Assembly: GCF_006345805.1 (NCBI RefSeq)
Contig: NC_042997.1
Span: 6,820,001-6,884,000, forward strand
DNA from: Octopus sinensis
Taxonomy: Eukaryota
Reading direction: 5' to 3'
Length of the DNA: 64,000 nucleotides
A model generated the notes under the pieces. The model was not told the DNA's origin. It worked only from the letters and a program-made list of their open reading frames with translations, and searched no databases. A program made the translations under genes and the position numbers. How positions within the stretch are numbered: the first letter of the stretch is position 1; each line of letters begins with the position of its first letter. Shown piece by piece: positions 26,718 through 41,055 of the stretch.

Positions 26718-26749
<32 letters not shown>

Positions 26750-26762
26750 CATCATCATCATA

Positions 26763-26824
<62 letters not shown>

Positions 26825-26843
26825 CATTATTATTGTTATTATT
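26718..26843. repeat. (ATT)n array
   Basis: Direct inspection. Confidence 0.95.
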
Positions 26844-26844
26844 A

Positions 26845-27057
26845 AGTCGACGAGCTGGCAGAATTATTTGCACGCCTGGCTAAATGCTTAGCGGCATTTG
26901 GTCCCTTTTCACGTTGTGAGTTCAAATGTCACCGAGGTCGACTTTGCCTTCCATCTTTCTTGGGATGATAAAATATGTATCTGCGGAACACTGGGGTCGA
27001 TCTAATCGACTTAGCCCTACCTCGAACTTGCTCACCCTTGTGCCAAATTTTGAAACC
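26845..27057 (+). mobile_element. SINE family B followed by (CTA)n (27058-27112)
   Basis: Same head and centre as 26545. Confidence 0.85.
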
Positions 27058-27059
27058 AT

Positions 27060-27112
<53 letters not shown>

Positions 27113-28769
27113 TTTTTGTGGTCAGTAGATGCGAGCAACAGAGCTCGTAATTGTGCGCCAAATTGGAGTTTGTACAATTAATTTGTTGGAAATGAATATT
27201 TAATTTTTCGTTTATGTTTTTGTTTTTGTTTTTTTACTAACTAATTTGAAACGCTTGTACGTTGAGCTGGAAAAAGACAGTTTGTCGTTGAATAATGTTC
27301 TTATACTTTTCTTTTTTTTTCTTTTTTTTTTGTAAACAAGTGTTTTCCGGAAATTTAGTGCACATAATTTTGGAGGAGCAAAACAAAATACTTACATTAA
27401 ATTTAGAATCAATCAATACGTTCCCAAAATTATGCAATTATTGTAAACTAGAGTGAAAATAAAAAGAAAAAAAAGGGGTGTTCAGAAATAAAAGGTAACC
27501 GTTGAACAAGCAGAACTAGTAGTGAACATATATATTTACTTTTTTAATATATACGTATGAAAAAGTCCTAGCTTTCATAAATTTATAAACAAAACTATGA
27601 CATCGCTTTGCGGGATGCTAGACAAGGAACGGATCCCAGAAAGAAAGCGTGTAAATGTGAGAGAGGTGTGACACAAAAACCTGAGAGTTCTTACTCCCAA
27701 CGGCAGAGTGGAAAATGACCTACCTCTGTTTTATGAAGAAAGGTTTATTCTTTTATATACAAACCACTTGGTGTATTACACAAAGGCTTGTCTATTATAT
27801 AATTCGCAGTATACTTGATGGTATGGGTTAGGACATAGATATGTATGTGTAGTTATTATGCTTCAGGACGTTTTTATATGCATGAGATCTTCGGGTTTTA
27901 AACACCTGTTTACAGAGAGTTTTCACAAAAAAAAATAGAAAACGAAAGAAAAGCTGTGCAGAAGAGACTCTGGTATTGACGTTGACCATTGTCTTGCCGT
28001 CATCTTTGAAATGGTTGTGTCTGAGGCTCTAACAGATTGTGTCTGAGCATGACATACAACATGCACTAACATGTGTTCGGTTGGATTCTACATGAAAAAT
28101 CAATTTTTGATAAGCTCCGAAAATGCTAAGGCTGGCTCGTGCTGTACACGAATGGGGAATCAAATCGGAAAAGAATCAGAGCGGGGACCCAGAGCAGAAG
28201 GTTCAGCTGTTACAAGAATAACACTAGGAGATAATTGAACTGTATTTGCTTAGAGTAGGAGAAGCGCTAGAGTAAAGAACACATAAGAAAATAAATAACA
28301 AAGGTAGAAACATCAACGGCTCTCTAGTTATTGTCCGCCCTAGAGCACCACAATTTGCAGTTGATAAAATAGATGGATAAATCTATACCAGTTCTCAAGC
28401 ACCGAAAACGAACAATAGCAAACGGAACCGAGCAAACTTGGAGCCCAACACGCAGCACGGAGCTGACCGAAAAACATCTGCATTATTACCACCCTATTAT
28501 GTCGAGGAGCAAGGAATAAGTTGTAGACAGTTTGAAAGCTATCGAAGATATCAGAAAAATAGTGCCCTAAACAAGTACAAATAAGAATGAGCCCAGTCCG
28601 AAGACAAGTAAAATTTGCAAAGAAAACATAAGGCCCAAAGGAATCCCCCCAAATTCTAAGAGAAAAACAATGACCCAATCTATTAAATGCTCGACTGGAA
28701 GGAAACGAAATCAGAATAGAAATGCAACACCACATTGCCTATAAATTCTAGCCAAGTGGCAAACTGGCA

Positions 28770-28960
28770 GATGATGAAAATGTCGAACAAAATACCTTCC
28801 GGTACTGCATCCGTCACTTTAAGTCCTGATTTTAAATCAGCCGTAGTGAGCCTCGCCTTTCAGTTTTTTCGAAGAAGCGATAAAATAAAGTACCATTTCA
28901 ACATCGGTGCCTGTTGAATCAATAATGCCCTACACTCAAAATTTTCGACCTTCTTAATTT
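28770..28960 (-). mobile_element. SINE family B, very diverged
   Basis: Plus strand 'gagcctcgcctttcagttttttcgaagaagcgataaaataaagtacc' resembles the family-B centre (gtcgactttgcctttcatcctttcggggtcgataaa..agtacc); orientation is uncertain. Confidence 0.4.
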
Positions 28961-30038
28961 AAAAACTATTAATTGTTCACCCCTACGACGATTTTGTAAA
29001 TCATTCCAGGCTTAATTATTTTTGTGAGCTTCCGCTATTCCGATTATCACATATTTTCACGTAGTCCCACACATATTGACCTATACTGTCCCAGACTTTG
29101 TCGTCAAACTTTGGTGGTTAAGTAATAAATCATTAATATTATAAATAATATTAATGGCCCCCAACAAAATCCCAACCATGGTTCTGTTTGTTCACATAGC
29201 TCGTTTTTTTTTGTTCTTTTTATTGCTTAGCTGTATCAGCAAAGACAGGACCATAGATGTGTCACGGAAATGTTTACTCCGAAAACAATCAACAGAATTT
29301 TATTCCTAATTTCTAATTCTTCTTTTAACATTTGAGTTGACCTGGGAGAGCTCAGTTATAATCATAATAGATGTGCCAAGAGAAATTGTGCTTCTCTATC
29401 TTGTGTGTACGTTGCTGCTGCCGTTGTTTAAACCTATTAAACCTTAAATCAGGTAGACCCATCGTCTTATTGACCACCGATCTTTTTTGATTTTTAAGAA
29501 TTAAAAATAATGTCGTGAACTATACCTCGCTCAGATTTAAATAATAATCTCCTATTGTTCAATGTGCACTAAATTTTCAAAGCATCATGAGGGCTTTGGG
29601 ATGTACATAGCTGGTATTTCTAGCAGACTCTACCTATAAACTTGTTACGTGAGCGTGTGTGCTCGCGATATTGGGTATGTCTGTGTGTTGGTATGTGTCT
29701 TGCTAGAATAGAGAGTAAACGAATGTGAAAATTGTTTGTGTAAATTCATGTTTAAAACAGCAATTTAAAGAGAAAGAGAGACTGTTTCAAGAGCGAGCGA
29801 GAGAGAGAGAATAAGAAAGACAGGATGTGTGACTGATTGACAGAGAGGGGAGGAGCGAAAGAAAGAAAGTTATAGAAGGACAGATGCAGACTTAGAAGGA
29901 GAAATTGAGGAACATCGGAAACTGGATGAGATTGTATTGTTTATAAAACATTAGTTTTCCACTTTGGCACGTAGCCAAGAATTTTCCGGTGAAGGTGCAT
30001 ATCTAATATATGTGCATATGCATATGTATATATGTATA

Positions 30039-30095
<57 letters not shown>

Positions 30096-30100
30096 TGTGT

Positions 30101-30135
<35 letters not shown>

Positions 30136-31710
30136 TGTGCGTGTGTATATGTATATGTATATATATGTATGTGTGTATATAATGCACATATGTATATGCA
30201 TAATTCAACGGTGTATTGCAGGTATATATTTTATCGAGACTCGTATCATAAGTTGAAGATCGACTGCTGATGGGATATGAATCTATAAACGTACACTAAG
30301 GAAACGGATGCTGCTGGCAATTTGGTCCGTTATTTTGTATTAGAGTGTCTGTCACTGTTTGAAAACACACTGCTTAGAATTCTTTCACTTCAACATTAAG
30401 ATAAATTGAAATCAAAAGGATGTAAAGAAATGCAATATATAGAACAAAGATTGTGAGACCTACATCTATAAGGGCATCGGTTGTTTGTAGGATTATATCC
30501 AGTAGAATGCGACCCCATTTGTTAAAAAGTATTATGAAATCGGAGAGATATTACGTTATAAGATAAATGCATTAAAAACTTTACCTTTGTCTTGTAACTT
30601 CACTGCATTAAAATTTCACTTCGGCCAGGTAGAATATCCAGATTGATAATTTTTGTTCCTTCAACCTTTTTTTGTTTTGTATTTTAATATTATTACTATA
30701 TTTAATATTATTATAAATTTTATTTTCATTTAACCATAATTTTGCATTAAGGCTGCGTTATAAAAATGTGTGCGTGTGTGTATATGCATACATATGCGTA
30801 TGTATATAACTATGTAAGTATATTTTTTATCTATGTATGCATATATGTATATAAAATCTAAGTATATGCCATATACACACGCACACACACACACTAGTAA
30901 TAATAGAGATTGTCAATGAGTACAGCTGGTTTTAAAGCTTTCTTTTTATGAAGTATATTTCTTATTATTTTACAATTTCTTTTCTAAATAAAGGTGTGCT
31001 ATGTTTGTCATATGTTACATGCGTGTATATAAGCACTCATATGACCCTATGTGTAAATATTTAAACGTATGCCGATGTATATGTATATCTGCTAGTATAC
31101 GACTTCATATATTATTTACTGTAGTTATATATGAATTTATTTATATATATATATATATAAATAACCATGTATGTACTTGCATATTTGGGTATGCATGTGC
31201 GTGCGAATATATTTATCTAAATATTCATTGATATGTGACTAATATTATTAATGTGAACTCAAAATGATGATCAGCAAATTAGTAAAATCCCGATTTTATG
31301 CAAATACAAATAGTGTTGCTGAAGGGTGTTTGCTCGTGTGAACTTGTATTAATTGACAACATATTATCTGTTGTTGCTGATAAATTATGTTTACTTTTGT
31401 AATTGTATATATACATGTGTGCGTGTTTGTGTGTGTGTGCGTGAGTATAGATGTCGGTATATGTTATAGACGTAAAAATGTGTATCTGTATGTGTGTACG
31501 TAAGATTTTGTGTATGTGTGTTTGATATACAGAAAGATAATTTTGCTTTAGCCTATGAAACAACAACAAAATCAATGATAACAAAACATAGTCAATTGGT
31601 ATTGAGTATACAGAAAACTCAACATCACTTTCCAGCTGTACTTTGTTGATAATACCGTTGTCATATATATATATAAATATAAATATACATATACATATAT
31701 ATATATACAC

Positions 31711-31860
31711 GTATGTATGTATGTATGTATGTATGTATGTATGTATGTATGTAGTATGTATGTATGTATGTAAGTATGTATGTATATATAATATATATAT
31801 ATAATATATATATATATATAATATATATAATATATATATTATATATATATATATATATAA
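31711..31860. repeat. (TATG)n + (TA)n
   Basis: Direct inspection. Confidence 0.9.
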
Positions 31861-32591
31861 GTATAAAGGTAGGTAGAAGGTTAAAGGAAGAGAGAAAGAG
31901 AAAAAAATAGGTAGATAGATATCAATGTATAAGCATAACGAAAGTAGATCCCAGGGCTGTTATGAAACAGAGTGAGGCGAATACTTTTACAAGTCGAACA
32001 CGGAATTCTTCGTAGATTTTTCTCCCGGAAAAAAGAGCTTGCACATGCTGTTGTGCTACACAGCGGTTCCAATAGTAGTAGTAGCAGTAGTCACGGTACG
32101 TTAGTGTGCGAATGCTTTTGTAGTAGTTACGGTGGTAGTGACAGTAAGAGATTAGAATCTCTCTTAGAAGTCTGTGTCTCAGTCTTCATGTATAGTAGCA
32201 GTAACAGCGGTAGAGTAAATAAACTGGTGTTCAACCAGTGAAGGTAGTCAGCCAAACGGACCAGTACCGGCTTTACTAGAGTCGCGCCACCTATTATCTC
32301 ATTTCTAAAAGTTGCAACGACATTAACTGGAACCACCCCAAGACAGCCACGATATTAGAGATGCTATAAGGTAATGGAACGTCAGGTAAAAGAGTAAACA
32401 GGAAAAGACGACGGAATCAAACTTCGCAGTATAGTAATGTGTTTGTACGTGTGTGCGCGTGTGTGAGTGTCTATACATAAGTATATACCTGGACATATCT
32501 AGACATCTGTCCATACCTATATACGTATGTATGTTGCGTATATATATATATAATATATATATATGGACGCTCATTTGATTAGGTATATATA

Positions 32592-32622
<31 letters not shown>

Positions 32623-33211
32623 CATTATGTGTATATGTTATATATATATAATATATATTATATACTATATATATATAATATATATATTATATATATATAT
32701 ATACATACACATATATACATATGTGTGTATGTTTGTGTGCGCGCATGCGTGTGTGCTGCTTCAACGAGAAGCATTATTTACAGAAAGTGTAGGCTGTTCA
32801 TTAAACTATTATACCTGAAAGGTATTAGATGTCATTACTCCGAGTTACACGTATCCGATCATTCACCTGGTAATCCCAAATTATTTTTCTTAAAATGACT
32901 GTCGTTTAAATAGATTTTGGAAAATTACCTGAAAGTTATGAAGAATACGATTACATTATTTTCTTTCTATAGCCATGTGCATGTATGCTAGCACACACAC
33001 ACACATACACACACACACACACAATATATATATATATATATAGGTATACGTATGCATGCATGTAAGCAGGTATGCGTTTATATATATGTGTCTGTGTGTG
33101 TGTGTGTTCCATTTATATTCTCTTTATTTACAAAACATCCATCCACCATTCATATAGATATAAACATAATTATATACAAATATACAGATATATATATATT
33201 AGTACACATAT

Positions 33212-33259
<48 letters not shown>

Positions 33260-33278
33260 TATATATATATAGATATAT

Positions 33279-33344
<66 letters not shown>

Positions 33345-33989
33345 TGGCATACACACACATAAATCTGTTTTGGTCACCCGAATCGATGACTTATAGTACT
33401 CAATATACGTATAGAGTGTTCTTTAATATATTATGATTGTGTGTATATATATAATTATATACACAACACATAGAAATACAATTCTATATAAAAACATTGA
33501 TATGTTAGATTCACAATCAGAGCTCAGAGAGAAAGAAAAATAGAGAAAGGGAGAGGGAGCGAGAGAGACAAAGAGAGAACGAGAGGGAAAGAGAAAAAGA
33601 GAGCGATACAGAGATAGAGAAAACTGCTTTTTGTTTTAAAAGTGAAGACGGAAGATAATGATTTTTATTTATTTATTTATTTTATTTTTTTGTGTGGTTT
33701 GGGGCTGTAAAGACAAAAGATAATTGTTTTCCTTTTTTTTTAAACATTACACTCGCTAATATTATTTACCTATAAATAAACCAATAAATGGGTAACCAAA
33801 TATTTGTTCTATGGAGATCTATACCAGAATATATTTGGATTCTTTGAACTGATGGTGAGGATAGACTATACAAATTATGATGATAAATAGATAAACATAG
33901 ATTACGAACATTATCTATGTTTACTACGGTGCGTAAATGGTTGTGTCATTAATAAGTTAGAGATTTTATAAACCTTAGTCATACACACA

Positions 33990-34135
33990 TAAATATAAAT
34001 AAAAATATTATATATTATTACATATATATATAGTTATTATACATATATATATATAAACATATTATATGTAATATATATTATATATATAAGTATATACATA
34101 TATATTCTTTATATATACGTATTATATATATATGA

Positions 34136-34166
<31 letters not shown>

Positions 34167-34275
34167 AGTATATATATATATATATATATAATATATATAT
34201 ATATATATTATATAAGTATATCATTATAATATAACTAAGAATATACATATATATATATATATACGTATAATATAT

Positions 34276-34307
<32 letters not shown>

Positions 34308-34380
34308 AGTATAATATATATTTATATATATATATATATATATAATATATATATATATATTATATGTATTATATCATATA
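33990..34380. repeat. Degenerate (TA)n tract
   Basis: Direct inspection. Confidence 0.85.
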
Positions 34381-34393
34381 CCGGTATATACAC

Positions 34394-34560
34394 AGGTGTA
34401 GGCGTGGCTGTGTGGTAAGAAGCTAACTTCCAAACCACATGATTCCGGGTTCACTCCCACTGCGTGGCACCTTGGGTAGGTGTTATCTAGTATAGCTTCG
34501 GGCAACCAAAGCCTTCTGAGTTGATTTGTAGATGGAAATTGAAAGAAGCCTGTCGTATTC
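34394..34560 (+). mobile_element. SINE family A, 5' half only
   Basis: ggcgtggctgtgtggtaag...gattccgggttcactcccactgcgtggcaccttggg; ends in CA/TA/TG tracts. Confidence 0.85.
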
Positions 34561-34574
34561 ATAAACACACACCC

Positions 34575-34650
<76 letters not shown>

Positions 34651-36260
34651 CATACACACATACAAATATATCCACATATATATGTACGTATATATATATT
34701 TATATATATGGGTGTGTGTGTGTGTGCATATGTGTGCGTGTGTTTGTGTATTATATATGCACACACGCATGAACACACACACTTATGTATTATATATATA
34801 TATATTTACCCACACAAGTGACCTGAAAAATATAGCATACATCCATGTATATGTATTTCTATATATATGTATATGTATGCATATTTATATTTATATATAT
34901 ATATATATGCATATGTACATATAAGTATATGTATATATATATTTGTGTGTGGGGGGTGTACGTATAAAAGGAGAGAAATAGAGAAAGAAGAAGGGTGTGA
35001 GAGAGAGAGAGAGAGAGAGAGTGAGAGAGAGAGAGAGAGATATGGCAGATAAACTAGTCATCACTGAAAAGATATAACGGATAGCTGTTTAAGGAAAAGT
35101 TGAGAATTTATGACAGAAAGAGTAAGAGTGAGATAGAGATCGAGAAAGAGAGAGAGAGAGAGAGAGTGAGTCGGTCGAAGAATGAGAAAGAAAGGAAGAC
35201 ACAAATTGAGAGAGAGTCATTTCATGGAATAAAGAAATAATAAAAAAAGTTTATATCTATGTGTGATGTTGATTTGTATAGAATATAGGAGACCTTAGGA
35301 AAAATGCCAGAGATCTAGTGATATAGCATTAATATAAGTGCAGTGATAAAAGGTAAATACCAATAAAAGGGGCGATGATTCTGCATTTGTTGATATGATG
35401 CTGGGTCATGCGAGTATTTATAGCAGGCCCATTAGGAATATATTAGTGTATCAATCATTGAAAGTGAGTGCAGAGTTGTATCCTTCTATGAGTGAAAGGA
35501 ACCGGTATTTTGAACTGTGTAAACAAAATATACTGGAAGCAGCAGGAATTATTCTGCTTGACTCTAGGTGTATAGATACTAGACTTATTTACGCTTGCTC
35601 GCTTGTCTGGACTACACATGTGACTTGCTTGCTTGTGTAAGTTTGTTTATACGGATGGTTGGATGATTGAGCATCAATGCACACGTGTTTGTGTGTCTGT
35701 GGATGCGTATTTGAAAAGAGCGCGTTGTGTGTGCATGAGTGTGAAAGTATGTACGTATGTGTGTGAGTGTAGATGTATGCGTGTACGTATCTCTCTCTCT
35801 CTCTCTTTCTCTGTCTCAATTTCCCTGTGTCACTCTCTCTATCTATCTCTCTCACTCTCTCAATCAGTTTATGCATCTGTGCCTGTTAGTATGCAACCTT
35901 GTATAGGAAACCAAATACAAAACAATATGCATGCTTATATTATGCGAGTGTTTTGTGACATATGGACGAATATTTGTGAATGAGCGTACTATTGATGAAT
36001 GAATGTATGTATGAGCTTCCAGTGGCTGACTTTAATACGTGTATAGGTATGCTTCAATGAATGAACGAAAATTTGTAAAATTATGCATGAGAGAAAAATA
36101 CAGGAAAAACTGAAACACGGAAAGGGATAGGTGGAATCCAGTGTGAACGTTTGTGGGATTTATCGCCAGAGTAAACGTTCACTTACAGCATGTTACTACC
36201 ACATATATACATAAAATATGCATACATACATACTATATGCACATGCACACACACACAGAA

Positions 36261-36301
<41 letters not shown>

Positions 36302-36427
36302 CCTACATACACATATATATATATATAGAGAAAGAGAGACAGAGAGAATTTTGTTGTATATACATATGCATATATATGTAAATATATTTATATATGTGTA
36401 TGTATGTGTATTTATATATAAAGCGAG

Positions 36428-36466
<39 letters not shown>

Positions 36467-36796
36467 AGAGAGAGAGATACGCACATGCACACACGGAACA
36501 CGCATATACATGGTGTGATAAATACATAAGCACATGTAAATATCTAGTTACATGCACAGACAATATTTACATTACTGAAAGGAAGAGTTCATTGATGCAT
36601 ACAACACACAGAAAAACACACGAACAAGCAGATACAATCGCACGGACACGTGCATTCGCAAATTCTGTCTTTCGCACACACACACACACAGAGTCACACG
36701 GCCACTGTCCCTCCTCATCGCGCACACATATGTGATTTCTATAATCGTTTCAAATGTCTATGCAAACGGGTGCAGATATTCACAGACTGTCGTCCT

Positions 36797-36970
<174 letters not shown>

Positions 36971-37241
36971 TGCTGCTGCAGCTCCTGCTGCTCTTAATAC
37001 TACTACCTTTACACATGTGCACACAAACATACAAACACACTCACACAAACATATAAATCTGCAATCTTAGATATGGGCAGACGTACTTAAATAAATAAAT
37101 TTTCATGTTTTTAAGTCGTTACGAGTTCGAATCATCGACCGAAAAGGATAACGCGTTCCGACTTTCAACAATAATCTTTCTATATAATGTTTCCCCCACC
37201 ATCACCCATGTTCTTACTTAAAAGCTCGCGAGCGCCCGGTG

Positions 37242-37285
<44 letters not shown>

Positions 37286-37299
37286 ATATCTATCTATCA

Positions 37300-37356
<57 letters not shown>

Positions 37357-37389
37357 ATATATTATATATATTTAATTCATTCCTTAACA

Positions 37390-37570
37390 TGTTCAGTTAT
37401 TTGATTGTCGTCATGCTGGAGCACCATCTCCCATGTCTTTTTAATCGAAGAAATCGAACCCCAGGAATTATTCTTTATAACTCTGATACTTATTCTATCG
37501 GTAAATTTTACTCAACCGATAAGTTACGGTGATGTAAACTTCGTAGGCGGGGGTGGGGGCAGACACAGAC
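37390..37570 (-). mobile_element. SINE family A, 3' half
   Basis: 'catgctggagcacc...ccccaggaattattctt...tacttattctatcgg' matches the reverse complement of the family-A 3' body. Confidence 0.7.
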
Positions 37571-37669
37571 GCAAAATGCACTTTTATAAATACACACACA
37601 TACACCCCCCCACACACACATATATGTATGTTCGTAAGTGTGGGTGTCATTGTGTATGTATATACACTC

Positions 37670-37850
37670 TCGTTCCCGTTTGCTGTTGATTTTAGGTCCC
37701 AGTAACTGTTTACTTCGGCTTATGTCACAATAGGCACTAGGCGTAAGAAATAAGTCTTGAGGTTGATTTGTTTGACATAAAACCCTTGACGGTGTTGCTC
37801 CGGCAAGGTCGTAATCAGATCGTTGAAACAAGTAAAAGACTAAAGAGCGC
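37670..37850 (+). mobile_element. SINE family A, 3' half, diverged
   Basis: 'aaataagtcttgaggttgatttgtttgac...gttgctccggcaaggtc...gaaacaagtaaaaga'. Confidence 0.6.
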
Positions 37851-38667
37851 GAAACTGAATATTAATAATTGGTCAATAACCGATGGAAAATTACAAACCT
37901 TCTGGCTGGCTGTCGTTCGTTTTTACATTTAGTTGACGTTACGTCGTTTGTTTATACGATTTTTATTTATATAATATATATAAATACATAGATATATATA
38001 CATACATATATATATATATATATATATGTCAGGTCACTTTCGAGTGCTACTGGTAAAATGTAACCCAGTCGGGTCGTCGGCGACTAAACCGGCAACCCCA
38101 CCAAGCTTGCTTGGTGAGGAGGTTGTTTATTGGACACCCTGCGGAATGAAAAACAAAACCCGTCGAGGGCGGAGGAACTCTTGAGAGTCAACGGCCATCC
38201 AATAAATGTCTTAGGGCTGTATAATGCGAGGACCTAGAAATATCTGGTATGGTGCCCAGGCACGCAGAAAGCCTACCAGGATGGATCAGACCCTTTAGTG
38301 TTGACTCTCAGAATTGATCTAGGAGACGGAACACTCTTACAAGAAAATCCTGCGATCGTTTTATCATCTGACGTGTGACACATCGTGCACCTGTACAGAC
38401 CATGTTAATACGATGGAGAGAGTGTGCTTTGTTCTGCACAAGCAATGACCACTTTAAACAAGTCAAAGTGCCGGTTGTTCAGTATACCATTTTCACTCAA
38501 TAACACCTGGGGTTTGGCGCATCGATGTGGCCTTATTTTTTATGAAGATACACATGCGGTGTCACAGGGCTTAGGAATTGTTGAAGGTTATTTACTGAAC
38601 CTTCATTCGTTGTCTTCGATGAGAGAATCCACCATATATATATATATATATAAATATATATATATAC

Positions 38668-38756
38668 CTGTGGCAAGTGTCTTCTACTATAGCCTCGGGC
38701 CGACCAAAGCCTTGTGAGTGGATTTGGAAGAATGAAACTGAAAGAAGCCCGTCGTA

Positions 38757-38845
<89 letters not shown>

Positions 38846-39068
38846 TGTGTGTGTTTGTGTGTCTCTGTTTGTCCCCCTAGCATTGCTTGACAACCGACGC
38901 TGGTGCGTTTATGTCCCCGTTATTTAGTGGTTCGGCAAAAGAGGCCGATTGAATAAGTACTGGGCTTACAAAAAGAATAAGTCCGGGGTCAAGTTGTTCG
39001 TTTAAAGGCGGTGCTCCAGCATGGCCGCAGTCAAATGACTGAAACAAGTAAAAGAGTAAAGAGTAAGA

Positions 39069-39070
<2 letters not shown>
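38668..39070 (+). mobile_element. SINE family A, 5'-truncated
   Basis: Starts in the CORE-like segment 'ggcaagtgtcttctactatagcctcgggccgaccaaagcc'; intact 3' body. Confidence 0.9.
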
Positions 39071-39111
<41 letters not shown>

Positions 39112-39344
39112 TTCTTGCTACAATAGCCATAACATGAATTTCGTTGAATCCCTTGATCTCTTAAAATATTTCAGAAAAATTATATTAAAGTACCTCGTCT
39201 CTTGAGATTCCATAACTGTGCAGCTAAAGATAGCACTGCATTTAATGATTGCATTTTTCAATTAAATGAAACCCCTTGCGACGGTCATACTCTATCACTA
39301 CTTGAAAGCTTGTTACTGAATTTGAATTATATATATATATCTAT

Positions 39345-39393
<49 letters not shown>

Positions 39394-39618
39394 GCGTGTG
39401 TGTGTTTGTGTGTCTCTGTTTGTCCCCCTAGCATTGCTTGACAACCGACGCTGGTGCGTTTATGTCCCCGTTATTTAGTGGTTCGGCAAAAGAGCCGATT
39501 GAATAAGTACTGGGCTTACAAAAAGAATAAGTCCGGGGTCAAGTTGTTCGTTTAAAGGCGGTGCTCCAGCATGGCCGCAGTCAAATGACTGAAACAAGTA
39601 AAAGAGTAAAGAGTAAGA

Positions 39619-39654
<36 letters not shown>

Positions 39655-39869
39655 TCTTGCTACAATAGCCATAACATGAATTTCGTTGAATCCCTTGATC
39701 TCTTAAAATATTTCAGAAACATTATATTAAAGTACCTCGTCTCTTGAGATTCCATAACTGTGCAGCTAAAGATAGCACTGCATTTAATGATTGCATTTTT
39801 CAATTAAATGAAACCCCTTGCGACGGTCATACTCTATCACTACTTGAAAGCTTGTTACTGAATTTGAAT

Positions 39870-39901
<32 letters not shown>

Positions 39902-39907
39902 ATATAA
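38843..39907 (+). repeat. ~545-bp tandem duplication (2 units)
   Basis: 38843-39392 and 39393-39907 are nearly identical (SINE 3' half + unique 'attcttgctacaatagcc...ctgaatttgaatta'); junctions lie in (TA)n tracts. Confidence 0.92.
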
Positions 39908-39908
39908 T

Positions 39909-40155
39909 GTTCCTTCTCGAGTCATGCCAGGCTCATAAGCGCCGGTTTCCCAATTTCAGTGACGTAGAAATTCCCATCCTGGACGGGACACCGGTTCGTT
40001 GCAAGATTACTCATTTTTGTCAGCTGAGTGGACTGGAGCATCGTGAAATGTACTGTGTTGCTCAAGAACACAACACATCGCACGGTCCAGTAATCGAAAC
40101 CACAACCATACGATCATGAGTTCAGCAAACTAACCACTAAGCCAGGCGCCTCCAC
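39909..40155 (-). mobile_element. SINE family D
   Basis: Minus-strand tRNA head tgtggaggcgcctggcttagtggttag...tttcgattactggacc, centre 'gtgttcttgagcaacacagtacatttcacgatgctccagtccactcagctg'. Confidence 0.8.
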
Positions 40156-40529
40156 ATGCACACACATACGTACACACGCGCACACACATACACACGCACA
40201 CATATATTTATATATATGCGACTGTGCTTATGTGTGTGTGTTTGTGTATGTGTCTTAGATAACTTAGATACGTTCCGACTAAAGATTGTGCCAGACCATG
40301 TCTAACTTAATACCATCACCTGATAGGATTTTAAGTGAAGTTTTGTGGTATCATTGTCCATTATTACTACTATTACTCCTATCATTAGGCATGTACGCAC
40401 ACACTCACACAAACGTACATATGAGCTCACGTACATTACAAGTTTTGCGGTATTACTTGTTCGAAAGACGATAATGTGTTCCGAACTTCTACAATAATTT
40501 TTCTATATAATGTTACCCACACCCACGCT

Positions 40530-41055
40530 CTTGTTATGGTGTTTTTATTTTTGGGATCTCCTTCGTGACCATGCTAAATAGGGCAGGGCCTGTTAAGGAA
40601 AAGATATTGTGTTGCTGTTTACTTGTGTGTTGCGATCCTTAATTGTGTAGAGGGCATATGTTACTTGGTCCTAGCCTTGGATAAATTTTGAAGCTAATGT
40701 TGAGGCTGTTTGGGCAATGCAGGTGGTATATTCTTCACATTCTCTGCAAATAATGCACCGCTCACGGTGGCGCGGCAGAGAATAGAGTTTCAATGCTTTA
40801 AGGCGGCCCCAAAAATCGAGATCAGTCATGCTCTTAACTTTTTTAATGAATGACCTCAGGGGTGATCCAGTTTTCGAAATGTTTTGTTTTGTATTGGCAG
40901 TCCACAAGGAGCAGTAGTATTCGAGTAGTGACCGTACAAAGGAGCTAAATAAAGGAATGATGACCCGTTGTTCTGTGGGCCTGAAGGTACTTAGCTTCCA
41001 GGAGATCATCATACGAGCAATATCAATCGTATTGTTGATGTGGGCACTATGATTT
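40530..41055 (-). pseudogene. CR1/L2-group LINE ORF2 C-terminal fragment
   Basis: ORF 40671-41012: ..LFSSFVRSLLEYYCSLW...SFIKKVKSMTDLDFWGRLKALKLYSLPRHRER ~ CR1-type 'LEYCxxxWSP...YxERLxxLxLYSLExRRxR'. Confidence 0.8.

Noticed and set aside
28100-28735. Purine-rich segment with 131-aa minus ORF, possible retroelement remnant
   Set aside because: No diagnostic RT/EN/gag motif found in any frame.
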